Assembly (NCBI GenBank): GCA_040954595.2 | Contig: CM082593.2 | Coordinates: forward strand, 776,759 to 840,758 | Direction of reading: 5' to 3' | Length of the DNA: 64,000 bases | Origin: Balanoglossus misakiensis | Lineage: Eukaryota; Animalia; Hemichordata | Notes under the pieces: generated by a model | The model's input: the letters and a program-made list of their open reading frames with translations, nothing else | Databases searched by the model: none | Told to the model about the DNA's origin: nothing | Translations under genes and position numbers: made by a program | Shown here: positions 26,767 through 39,475 of the stretch, one piece after another | How positions within the stretch are numbered: the stretch's first letter is position 1 | How the letters are laid out: each line of letters starts with the position of its first letter

Positions 26767-26896
26767 GTAATTCAACTTTTAAATCATAAAACGTAAAGCT
26801 CATGATTATTTTCAGTGACAACAATATCTAACTATTGTCTTTTCTCAAAAGTAACAAAGTTTAACGTATTTACATGTTTGTTTTTTCACTTTGTAG

Positions 26897-26974
26897 AAAG
26901 AACGTGACGACGCCAAGAAGATGTGCAACATAGCCTGCTGTATTGCATTGCTTTGTTGTTGCTGTAAAAACTAG
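26897..26974 (+). CDS. CYSTM1-like: CYSTM-like protein A, terminal coding exon (Cys-rich tail); total protein 104 aa
   Basis: Acceptor ttttttcactttgtag|; encodes KERDDAKKMCNIACCIALLCCCCKN*; resembles the CYSTM 'C..ALCCCC' signature. Confidence 0.9.
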   Translation, partial: KERDDAKKMCNIACCIALLCCCCKN

Positions 26975-27510
26975 CAAGATACCAACCAACCAACCAATCA
27001 ATCATTTATCAAACAATAAGAGACAATGACAACAAGGAAGTGAAACTACACCATACCACATCATACATTTTTACTGATAATAATTAACTTCGAAGCGACT
27101 GGAGGAAGCATGTAAATAACTTTGTACACGATGTGCACTGCTAAAACGATTTTCATTTTCTTGACTTTATAAGGACCCCTCCCCGCCTGATGCAGGGCTG
27201 TCGATTTCTGTGGTGAAACTGTTCATATCAAAAAGCTTTCAAGTAGCTATCCCCGTGCATTTAAAACTTGTGGATTTGTTATTTATACATATAATGAAAT
27301 GAAGTGACGATTGAATATTTTAATGAAACCTTTGACAAAAAGAAATATTGATCTTAGTTAAAAATAGGATGGAAGGGTTTATTTAGATCAAATATTGCGT
27401 TTAGCCCACATTTGTGAGGGCGATCATTTACATAGACTGTAGCTGTAGTTGTTCTTCTGATGTGATTTGTATAAATGCAGATTTTAAAAGAAAAAATGTT
27501 CATGGAGAAT

Positions 27511-27516
27511 AATAAA
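27511..27516 (+). terminator. Probable polyadenylation signal of CYSTM-like A
   Basis: AATAAA about 540 nt after the stop codon, followed by T-rich and GT-rich downstream tracts (27521-27570). Confidence 0.55.
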
Positions 27517-27789
27517 AATATTGTACTTTATTTTTAAAAAGTTTTTTTTTTCATTATGTCTGTATTGAGTTTTCTCAATCCACTGATTTGCTTATTAAAT
27601 AATTTTCACAACTTTGAAAATCTCTGTGTCATTTATTCATAGGTCAATATTTCGCTGTAAACCTGGCGTAATTCGTAAAACTTTACATTAAATTGCGTTT
27701 GTCAATTTTCCCTGATGAAGTGTCTTTCTTTCCTTTTCTTTGCGTAGGCTTTTCTTTGAGCATAGACTTGTCCTGAGTGAAACTCTACC

Positions 27790-28056
27790 ATGGCCGATAA
27801 AACCAGCGCCGAGATCCACCAGGAGCCTCCACCGCCATATTACTCCGCGGCGTATCCACAGCAACCAGCGCCACAAGGATATTACTATCCTCCACCGCAG
27901 CATGGCCAGCCCGGTGTTGTATACGATCCAAACCTGGACCCTAACAAAGGTTATGGGCAACCTGGTGCAGTCTACGTCCAACAGCATCAAGCGCCGTCGT
28001 CCACTATTGTGATTGATAGAACGGGAAACACCGATGCACAGATTCGCCAAGCTGAG
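27790..28056 (+). CDS. CYSTM1-like: CYSTM-like protein B, coding exon 1
   Basis: Acceptor tctttctttccttttctttgcgtag| at 27747; ACCATGG start; MADKTSAEIHQEPPPPYYSAAYPQQPAPQGYYYPPP...STIVIDRTGNTDAQIRQAE; donor GAG|gtaggt at the same position as in paralog A. Confidence 0.9.
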
Positions 28057-28098
28057 GTAGGTTGGATATAGTGAACTGATGAATGGTTGGCCTTTGGA

Positions 28099-28135
28099 TT
28101 CCTTCTTTCCTTCCTTCCTTCATTCATTCATTCAC
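28099..28135. repeat. Compound (TTCC)n(TTCA)n microsatellite in the CYSTM-B intron
   Basis: Directly visible. Confidence 0.85.
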
Positions 28136-28360
28136 GCATCTAATATGCATCCATCCTCTATACACATCTAACAAGCCACCCCAGGTCTGATAAAAACTAC
28201 ATTTTCCCCAATAACCTCGCAAAAAAGAACGTGCACCACCACATGGCCATGAGAACACTTAGTCACACTTCTTCAACCACAGTTATGTTAGAGACACGAC
28301 CCTTTGTCCATATATGGGTGCTGTATCTTACTGACTTTACCTTTTTGTGTTTATTTACAG

Positions 28361-28441
28361 AAAGAACGAGACGAAGCCAAAGCCTTGTGTACAGCTGCAT
28401 GTTGTTTTGCTTTGTTGTGTTGTTGCTGTGGTGGTGGGTAA
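28361..28441 (+). CDS. CYSTM1-like: CYSTM-like protein B, terminal coding exon; total protein 115 aa
   Basis: Branch-point-like ctgac plus acceptor ctttttgtgtttatttacag|; encodes KERDEAKALCTAACCFALLCCCCGGG*. Confidence 0.9.
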   Translation, partial: KERDEAKALCTAACCFALLCCCCGGG

Positions 28442-30783
28442 CTGTGATCAAAATTATATTATCGATAGAGGAATCGTGTACTAACCATGACTACAAATAA
28501 GTCACTGCACCTATAATCAGCAAATAACACGATTTTAACATTTTTTCACTTGGTTGATGATACATTTTTTAAATCACCAAAATCATTATTTAAAATGACA
28601 TAAATTAACCTTTTTCTGCACTAGTTATAGATCATTGGTAAGGGGGAGTTCACATCTAGTGGGTGAAGTTTTTTTTCTTTAAATCGGAAAGTTTTTTTAA
28701 TGGCGTAATTGAGAATCTGAAAGCTTTTCTGACAGTATAGCCAACCTTTCTGACATATTCCAATGTCTGAATCCTGAAGTGCGCCACTAAGAGGTAAACA
28801 TCACAGTTTCTTCGTTTCCTCAACGTCTTACCGAGTCGATCCTTCGGACTTGCCGATCACACCATGCGTCTTTTCACACGCATGGCGTCTGTGACACCTG
28901 ACATTTCCGTGGACACCGTCGCTATATTTCATGCCTGGCGTTTATTCAACGCGGAAACGTCAAGTGATCGTGAACAAGTTTTTTTCTGAGATACAGCACA
29001 GTCTCAGCTCCGGCACGGCTACCATGTTTCCACACAAGTTTGGTGCAGACGGTGGCGAAGAACCTAGCTCTCCGCTCATTTCAGGAGACTGTAAACTGCT
29101 TATGAATAAGCATAACCAGTTTCATTTCATTCAATGAGCAGTCAAATAGAAATAATAGATAATGATTATTGAGGTCCCTTTGAAGGAATTCTGGATCCCA
29201 AGGGATAGACTTTTCTTCTGAGGAATTGCATAACCTTTTTTTCTGTTGGTCCCAAAATAAATCTGTCTTTTCCAAATGCAGCTGTCAGTTGTATAGCCTT
29301 TCAATCTATTAGTCTAAAGGCCCAGGGACCCTTTCTCGGCAACATTATCTTTGGATCGTTCTGCTCAGTGGATATTTAGGCAAAGCATATGTTCCTGAAT
29401 CAAATACTCTGGTTCTAGAGCTAAAGGTTGAAAAGTATAATTCAAAGGAACGAGTGTTTGGTTAAAAAATCAAGTTTGTGATTATAATGCGATTGTAAAT
29501 GTGTTAATCCCGGTGAGAAAAAGAAGAATAAAGTATTGCTCTCCAACGGTGAAGATTTTTCCCATGGGATGACGTTAACTTGCATATAGTCGACCTACAT
29601 TTTAAAGTCTTTTGTGGTATTCTAGTTTTTTGGAGTACAAAGCGCGGTGTGTGACCACACAGGTAAATTGATCAGATAACTTTAGCTGGTCCCTCTCGGG
29701 ATGTGTGCCTTGTCTTTGGCGATCGTGCGTGTTACCTTTGCAATTGTGTTGATGAGTATCACTATACTACAGCCTAATCCCACCCAGAGTCGAAACTTTC
29801 ACCCCAAAAATCTGATTGAAGTCTGAGTCGATCCATTGTAAAATGTCAAAGGTTCTTTGAATAGATTTACTACAAAGTTTATTTTCAATTACTTCTTTAT
29901 TCCGCCCTTGGCATTTTGCTTGAGACAAGCGTCGTCGTTTATAGCGTGTATCAGTTATATATGTCTTGTTAGAGCAAAACAAATAGGCTAATCATTGTCA
30001 ATATTTTCACGGGGTGAGATCTTGTTGAAAAACAAAGTCTCTGCATCGCTTCTAGGCAAATAAGCATTCTGACAGACCATTTACAAGTAAAGCAATTAAA
30101 AGTAAATGATTGAAGTAATGGCTTTGTGAGTGAATAAATGTGAACTGCTTAATGGAATAAACATTGGGTAAATTACAGTTCTGTGGATTTTGTTTCCTGT
30201 ACGAAGCTCAAAAACAAAAGCACTTTCTTAAACTCGGAGGGGGGTCGCTATAAGGAGTAATGATGACGACATCAAACTGTTCCACAACCTGTCAGAACCG
30301 TCTCTTCTCAAGGATGCCAACTAGTCAAGATGACTTACAAGAAAACATTCGATCTCCGTTAAGTCTCGACCCGCTAATTTATGTTGGGCTTTGGGGAGGT
30401 GATTACAGTGAGGTCGAACTAACGCAGATGGTGGTCGGGGCTCAGCTGCACACAGTAGCAAAAGACAGAAACGGGGCTAATTGTTATCAATCATTTATAT
30501 GATACTTTCTGTTGATGATCACCTGCAATTTTCGACCTTCTTTTTCACAAAACCTGAGTGCTAACATTTCCCATTTCCCTCCATTTATTACACTTACCCA
30601 AATACATTACAGTATTATTCTGTGAATTTCTGTTGTGTTACAATTATTTATGACTCGGCCAAGTGTTTCGGTTGAAAACATGATCTGCACGTTTCCTAAT
30701 CTTGTGTAATCTATTATCCGCCATTCCCAGCATTTCTACGTCGCATTACAAATGTTGGAAATTACCCAAGTCCCATCCGTGAC

Positions 30784-30829
30784 TCTGTCTGTCCGTCTGT
30801 CTATCCGCCTGTCTGTCTGTCTGTCTGTC
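30784..30829. repeat. (CTGT)n-type imperfect microsatellite
   Basis: ctgtctgtccgtctgtctatccgcctgtctgtctgtctgtctgtc. Confidence 0.85.
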
Positions 30830-33800
30830 CCAGTCTGAAGCCAAGTCGGCCTGTCTCCATCCTTGGCATTTCTCACGCGTTTATTCTCAGTGTCCTGTAA
30901 CTTGACACAATTGCCTCTATGCCCCTTTCGAAACAATTGTATATTCAAACGACGTGTTCCAAGAACACACCAACAACGTTTTAATGACAATGTATTTTAG
31001 GCTTGCCTAGACACTACGGTTGTTTTAATTGTCAGTAAAACCTTGGCCTGCTAGTCTCTCTATTTTTCTTGGCTGTGTTTGTCTGAGCCAAAAAGGCAGA
31101 GTGCAAACGATACGCTTCTGAAAATCCAACGGAAGTTTCAGAAACGTTTTCAGGCTTTCCAAGACAGGAGAAATAGATTGCGAAGAAACGCAAAAATCAC
31201 AGGAAGTTTAAAATAGCGGAACTGTGCGCATCCTAAACATATAGACGTCACGTCCATGTAAAAAGGAAGGGTAGGGGAATTTTGAGGGGAAAGTACGTAG
31301 CAAAATGTACAGAATTAGAGACACAAGACATTTATACTGTGTTTTTGTACTGGATTTTGTTTATGTCATTTCGATTTCCTATTTCCTCCATATTGATAAA
31401 TAATGCAGCAAGCTTCAAGAATCTTGCACGTGTACACGTGCACGCACGGCTGACGATCAATTAATGGTCATGACAAGTTGATGGGTTTCATGGAGACATA
31501 ATTTGACGTGTGACCTGACAAGAGAAAAAAAAAACATTACAATTAACAAGTGAGGGTGTTTAGTCTCAGGTGGCTGTGTGCGTAATCACCGATACATCAC
31601 ACTTCCGTGTCTTCTTTTTTATGACCGAGAATCTCATTTAAGTTACTTTATAGAAATCAGATTTGACACAGTTCGTGAATTTCAGTGAGGCAGGAAACCG
31701 AAAGAAAGATATTCTGGACTAGATTTTCAGTAGAAACAGCAAACTTTTTTCACTGAAAACTGGAAATGTGAACTGGATATTCTTTGCGTCACCTGGCACT
31801 CATCCGAAGTTGATTAACCGGGATGTTTTAATCGGTCACCAGGTTACGGTACAATTGTGTCGGCGCCAGCCGTGACGACGTGAAAGAGTGTCCATCTTTC
31901 AGTGTTGAGATGGAATTTACAAACTTGACATTGGGGGCGTGTCGGCTCCTTTTATCGTGGTCGAAGCGGATCATTAATCAAAGGACCCGCACGAAACACG
32001 TGCCGCCCGAGTAATAGTCTTGTCTAAACAGTCAACAGCAAATTCAAAAGCCGGATACATCTTATAAAGTGCAAAATCGATCACTGGTCATCTGATGGCA
32101 ACTTTAATATAAATCACTTCTGTAGTTATGTACATTCTGTGAATATAGTGTTTGTTTATTCGGTTACTTTTTTAAAAGCAGTTACATCATTGCTCTCATG
32201 AAATGCAGTGAGCGAGTACAGAAAACAGAAGTGGGATATACAGGATAGGAATTTTTAATTGTAACACAATCATCATGATCGAAACTAATAAAAGTAATTT
32301 TTCATAATCGATGAACTTTTAAACTGCACTGGAGAAGATGTTATAGGATTACAGTTGTCATTTCCCGTGGATATCGTGTGATAAGCAGCTTGAAATCATC
32401 CGATCTGTCTCTTTGGTGTGGACCCGGGGGAGGGGGGATGGTCAGTTACACTGTATAGCAGGTGTTTCCTGGTGAGAATGTCATGATAGGAAAGCTGATA
32501 CACCAGCAACGCAGAGCAGCATCCTGCACCTAAAATATCACTGTCTCGCCAGCTTTTTGCCAGATCGTGTAACCATACATGTAATTCGTCTTTAACTGTG
32601 CAGGTTCTAATTACTAACTTGAACGTTTGCACGCGTTACTACACTGCTACAAGACTCTCTTTTAATAATTTCCTAGTTTTGAAAGATCATATTAAACCCC
32701 AACCATGACTTTTATGATCAAAGGATGATCTGGAACCACGTGAATATATGAGGTAGTAAATGGATTTACTGAAGTGTTTTCCGGGATAACTTTAAACACG
32801 ATGGGGACAGGAATTTTCAATGTCAAGTCCAAAGATTACATTACTTTGTAACCTTTATTTGTGGCCTTTGAAGTCACGGAGCGGACAGGATATAACAACG
32901 CTTAGACGAATTCCGAGTCGCACTCAGAGACTGTGAAATGTGGCTGCATGTAGGGAATCGATTAATTATCATCAATTATAACAAATCAACAAGCTAACTT
33001 TAGGTTTTCCGTCCGCAGAATGACAGAGAAACATGCCAACTTTTATTGCAAAAGCACTTCTACTATCAAGCCGTGACCACTGAGGACCTCGAGGCGGCGA
33101 GAACTGGAGACTCGGTCTAAACATCCAATTAGTAATTACAATCGTCTGTGCAAATTGATAAACTTGATTGATGAGCAGGGAAGTCGCTATAGACAAGGGA
33201 AGTCGCCACTCACGCGGACGCCTCGCAGACCGATTTGTTTTACAACAGACGGCAGATGGGGCACGTCATCCTGAACTCCCGTTCAACGCGAGACTTTTAC
33301 GACTGTCCTCTGCGGGAAGATAGACTCTAATTCATCTTGCTAAACATTAAACCCGACTGTTTCTTTCTGTGTTTTCTTAGAGAAGTACGCCACAGCATGT
33401 ATATCCATGATCTCCGTGCTTGTTAAATTGGAGTATAGCCCAGCAGTTATAAAACTCCCCTCGTTAAGTTTATGCCTCATCATATCCTTCTCAGAGAATC
33501 TTAAAGTACTCAAGAACCTCTTTCCAGAATGCCGCGCTCATGAGAATACCGTATGATCGATTTTGTGTTTAACTTTTATATGCTTTGAAAACACGAAAAC
33601 AATTTCAAGTAATCACTGGCTTCTTTTCTGGGCTGTGCGTAGATAAGGAAAAAATACTGTCGTCTCGCGTCATCGCTGCTGCCTCTGGGCCACTGTCTTG
33701 CAATGCCATGGAAACAATACATCAACCAAATATTTAGACGGCGGGCATTTACACGGTGGAAATATCCGACAATATTGCGTCATATATCACTAATGGTCAT

Positions 33801-36800
33801 TAGAACTGTTATTATAACGGGTTCCTTTAGGTCTAATCTGTTTCGTAAATAATGGCCTTAGGTAGTTTATTTAGCGGCTTAATGAATATGCATGCATGGT
33901 TGCATCGAATGAACGGGTTACTCATCGTCACGGGACGGTTCATATTCATTTACATGTCGACCGTGCATGAAACACTGCTCTGTTGTAAATCCAAACTAAC
34001 AAAAGATTATGCAGAGGTATATTTTGAATTAAAAAGCTGGATTGTATTTGAATCTGTAGGTGTACATTTTTGTGATGTCAAAATCTAACCCTTCCCGGAT
34101 CATCACTAACCGTGTGAAAATCATGAAGTCTCGAAGTCCCACGATGATTCTTTAAGCTCATCATAAGGAAATCGTTTCATTTCGACTGAAATCAATCGGT
34201 AGTCAGGTACATGTAACTGTAACAAATGACGTGAGGTGTAGTATTTGCAAAGGCGTGTGAACAAAGTAAAGGGAAATTTGGAATTTGACGGTTACAGGCT
34301 TTGATCCTTTTCGGTGGGGTGACTCCATTCACGAGGTGTTTTAATCTTTGATTTATTAGGGATTGGGGTGCTCATCCGTCTTGAATTGAAATCCTTGACT
34401 TTCTTTCAATTTCCGAATTGAAGGATTCAGCTTAAAGTGACAATGTTAATTGAAATGGTTCGAAAAAGACAAAAGTTCATCAGCATATAAATTAGTCACG
34501 GTATTGTGCTGTAGCGTGATTCTTTTTTCAAAAACGCCGCGACTTTTGCTGATTACTCAAAAACATTCAGTTGGGCAGAAACAGTGACAGTTAGTCAAAT
34601 ACAGAGATAGAGCATTTATTATGATGGGAAAGATTTCAAATATTTAAGGAGAATACCACGCCATCTCTTTTAGAGTGTAGAAACCTTGTATTATGGGTGA
34701 ACTGTCTGGAAATCGAGAAACCATACTCGGATATTGATGGCCAGAATTCAGTGATACGTGTCTAAATTTCAAATGCACCGAAAAACAAACTGAATGCCAA
34801 GTTTAAGTACGTGAGGTATGCCAAGCACCTACGCAGAATAGATAGTTATCGTCTTGACATAAGCCGGTGAAGGGATCTAGTTCACCCCGCCAAAAATAAA
34901 CAAATCAATCAGACAAAATATTCTAACAAGAAAAAAAAGGTATGAACGTGTTGATATTCCTGACTGCCAAGAAACTATAAATAGCGTATCGGTGAACGAA
35001 GAGAGACTCAAAATATTTGATGTCTCCTCTTTACGACAGAGTAAAGAATGCCACCGGTATGCGGTGGTAGTCCTCGTATGCTACTTCACCTGGCATCTGA
35101 CAAACACGTATAAAATACTGTGCTGTTTGTGAAAGACCAGAGACCAATAGATGCAAAGAAATGTAGGGCGTGTACGTGTAGGTACTTACAAGTACAGAAT
35201 CAGCGGCAACGCCCAATTTGTTTGTTAACATAACACCATCTTCAAAATCAAAGTCCTGAACGGTGCTTTGGTCTTTTCAAATACAACGTAAAATCGGGAG
35301 GGCCTGGCGAACCAAACTATTCTCGAGTCTCCTTGTTTCGTATAGGATTGTTGAGAACAATATCATATGAATATGATAATCATTTTTGTTATATTAAATA
35401 TAATAAACATATTACATGGTCACGTTATTAACCCTTTGAACGCCATATTTCCCGGGAAATATCAGAAGCGCCATTCATGGGTGCCTCTAGTCACTTTGGA
35501 ACCACTAGGGAAGACTGTCATCACGTATACGTATACTCTGGTCTTTCACATTTGAGAAAAAATTGCGACGTCACTGAAGTAGACCGCAGAAGTCAACATG
35601 TGTTATCTCAATTGCGTGGTAAACCACGGTCTTTCTTAGTTCTGAAGTCTACTCGATGAGTCGAGTAGCTTCCGACAGGAAACACCAAAAGAATACGCCA
35701 CAATGGTTACAAGGTGTGACCCCCGGGTGTGACCTAGGGTGTAACCCAACTACAACAAAAAAAGATAGGCGCGTACATCTAAAATTTCAAGATTTCTCAG
35801 ATTTTTAAGGTGTCGTCTTAGGAATCTGTTTGAATCACACAGTCATGTAAAATTCCTACTGGATGATATCGGCATTTACTGGTGTGGGGTTAGTTTCATC
35901 GTACTCCAGAAATTGCCGATACAGAAAACCAAAATACTGTATATAAATAACAAAAAGTTACCGCTAATGGAGTTATAAAAGACTTTGCTTTTGAAATACT
36001 AATGCTACTCAGGCACCAATGTATACGGGCGACCTTTACTACTTTTTTCCTGCCCTGAGGGTGAAACATATCCGGTACATCCGTTTCTCTTTGAATAGCG
36101 GCACTGCGGCACTTTTCTTAGGCACACCTCTCGAATCGATTCAACAGACACACAAAACAGATATCCGAATATCCGTTGTGCTATGCGCTTTCTCAGTTTT
36201 GTAGCGGCTTTACTCTTTCTACATGTAATTTGCCGGTACTTGAGGCCACGAATGAAATGTTTTGTTAGTTTGTTTATTTTTGCCAATTAGCTTAGTTGCG
36301 GGTGGAACGTTCATATAAGACGTTTATTTCAACAGAGGCTGTTGATTTATTCTTGTTTACCTGTGATTGCGTCCGGTCATGCGAAACACTCAGCGTTCAG
36401 GTACTGGGTTGGGAGGATTTTGAAGAATGATAAAACACTGGTACTGTTTTTAATATTTAATATGTAAAATCATACAGAGTATTTTCACATGTACACAAAT
36501 AAATCAGTCTTATCTAACTTGATTACTTCTAAAATACACAAATCTTCAGTAGGCTAGGCTGAGGGTTGGTAACCGATACACGCGACTGATCTATGATGAA
36601 ATATTTCGTGGTGGCACGCCGTATCACCTGGTGAGGGAATGTAAACACATTCAGGAAGTTTCCTGACAAAACATTTTCTCAGTGAAGATTGATTACTGTT
36701 TCAGCTGCCGATGTGATTCCGATTAAATCGCACTACATTTGTGCTCAAAAGTCGGCTGTCCAGAACGGTTAGACATGGAACGCTACACACGTCATGATAG

Positions 36801-39249
36801 CGTGCAAGGATGATTGGTTGCTCGCCGACATGTTTCAAGAGACGCTGGACATACTAATATTCCGTTTCACTTTTTCCTTTTCACCTTCATGGTTTTGTGA
36901 TCACACTGCATTTATGTCAGTCTGGTGACGCACGACTCGAAGCAGCGGTAGCTCTTTTGTTGTTGATAAATGCCATATCTTGTAATTTGTCGCGCGTGCA
37001 GTGAGACGTGAACAGTGGCCGTATCGTCACGTTAAATGCCGACCATTCTTGGAAGCTTTCGAAAAAACACACACTGAACTTGAATCGCTTCGAAATATAA
37101 AATTAATGTATGTTTACAACTTGAAACGATGATAAAGTTTCGGACCTGTTTGTGGGTGATGCAGTAGTAGTTTCACGGAAGCGATGATATTCAAACATCC
37201 CGCACCTGGCTAACAGAATGTCACGAATTTTCGATATTACTATTTTCTTCGAATGTATGATGAGTCTCGTTTCCAATAAACCTTTTCTCGAGCATTTGGC
37301 CTGCACTCAAAAGAACCGCAGGGAAAACCAATATTGTTTTAAATACACGTATATACACGTCTTGTTACTAAAACGTGGTGGGAAAATGAAGAACACGAAA
37401 AGTTCCACGTGTGGTATAAGCCACAACCGAGAACATTTCGCCATTTCCAGCGCGGGGACGCTGTGGATATGTATCATAATAATTGTAAATAAATATAGAA
37501 ACAAAGTAATAGGCGACGTCCACGCGAAATATTTTAAAATTTGACCAACCCAAGTTCCTGGGTCAGAGATCACTGAGAGGCATGGGTTTCAGTCAACCAC
37601 CTGTGGCCGAAATGTATTTATACTTATTTGTTTATTATAAACGGGTATTGACCTTTTCCAGTTTTGTGACCATACGATCAGTTGAAACGATTTATTGGAC
37701 CATAAACCTAAATTATTTAACATTAAACTGAACAAATTTAAAAATGTGTAACATCCGGGAATCGAAAACCGAAGCAGAATGCGTGTAACTTGAAGGAAGC
37801 GCTGAATACATAAATGATGAAGAGGCGCTTTTTCCGTAATGGCTGCAATTGAAATCCTTATTCAACTAACTAAAACAGTGCGGGTCTCTGTGATTAAAAT
37901 AATTGAAAAATGCGAACTATGTAGTCATAAAGTTTGGTATAATTACAGAGCTATATTAGACTTCGAGCAAACGAATGGAGGAATTTTAATAAATATCGCT
38001 GGTGGCTGAACGGTGGCCCAGGTCCGCGGAAAACGAGGTGTGTCGTGATGGAATACCGCGTACCCGTCTGTCGTCAAGGAAACGTGCGGTTTATTTACCA
38101 CATTAAAGACTCTGGTGGCGTGGAATTTGTGATATGTAGCTTGTAAGGAAACTGGATAAATTGACATAACCAAATTTGGGTAGGGGTAAAAAATGGTTGC
38201 AATGATGTAAGTTTTAATAAACGTCGGAGCGATTTCGTTTATTTTTTGTCTATTGGCAAATTCGCACGTTTCTTTGCGATGCTAAAGTTCACCGCTGCGA
38301 AAATGTTTACAAGACTTTCCCTCATCATCTCCTTCCTTGTTACGTATATACTGCATGCAAGCAGGAACTACGTCAGTACCGCATCCGAAAGTTCAATCTA
38401 AGTCTGCAGCGTCTGCATCTACTTGAAAGTTTGCTTTTATTTATGCGTCTCAATATTTTCTCAACTTTCTCAGCATTTTATATGAAAGCATTTGGTCCGC
38501 TTTCCTTTATTCTGGTCTACGGGGTAATACTGGTATCTCAGTCTAATCTTGTCTGTCGTCAATGTTCGTCGATTCGTGTTATAGGATCACTGTATTTTGT
38601 TTACCTTTAGCGTGTGTCTATTAAAAGTAGGTTCCCATCGACGAAGGTGTGGTTGATACGTGGGCATGTACGTGATCGCATGCGGGCGACTGATAAAGTA
38701 AGGCGCGTCGTACCGGTTCGCTTTGTGGTACACGGTATTATGTCATGAACATCACACAAAAATGTCAAAACTTCGCTCGCACAAATAGTAAATCTAGGTG
38801 GCAACTACATTTTTGGGCGAATTACTATACGTAGGCCTAATGTGTGGCCAGGTTGCAACTGTTCAGCCAATCTCGCAGAGAGTGGGCGCACCTATCTGCT
38901 CACGTGCGCACGTTTTGTATCGGAGCCAGCGGGCTTATCTGAGTCGTAGATTATCAGTTTTCTTCAACTGTTCAATGAAAATCTCTACAAAAATTTTACC
39001 CGCTCCTGTAGGTCTATTTGTTTTGCCCATCTCACCACGTAAACTAAACACATGCGGCTTAACGTGAAGTTCTAGGCCTACTGCGGCGGCATGGGCAGGC
39101 GCACCTTAAGCCTGGTAAAAGGGAATCACATCTTGGATGGCCGACATTTCAGAGTTTGCCGAATAAGGAAATTGATAGACCCTACGTCATTAGGCCTAGT
39201 ACTATGATGACGAACTTGATTTAAAATAGCAACTCCGCCTGAATATTTT

Positions 39250-39475
39250 ATTTTGGGGAAACTCCCATTCTAAAAATATTTGTAGTTCTCAGTAATTGAG
39301 GTAAGGGCAACCCGAACAAAACACTTTCAAATAGCAACAACACATTATTAACCACTCCCCTCGTACAGAAGTTGCCGGAACTGAGGGTGGCCTTTTCTTG
39401 TATGTGGTCCGCCCTGTGCGATTGGCCAATGACGTGTTGGTGACTGACTGACTCGGTATGCACTCAGTTTCCGAC
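39250..39475 (+). promoter_or_regulatory. Putative core promoter of the neuregulin-like gene
   Basis: kB-like GGGGAAACTCCC (39255-39266), GC box CCGCCC (near 39409), palindromic ATTGGCCAAT (39421-39430) overlapping TGACGT, and initiator-like TCAGTT (39464-39469). Confidence 0.55.

Noticed and set aside
26394-28050. Overlapping alternative-frame and antisense ORFs over the CYSTM exons
   Set aside because: Shadow ORFs of GC-rich, Pro-rich coding sequence.
32749-32770. TGAGGTAGTA, identical to the let-7 5' end
   Set aside because: Match stops after 10 nt and there is no precursor hairpin.
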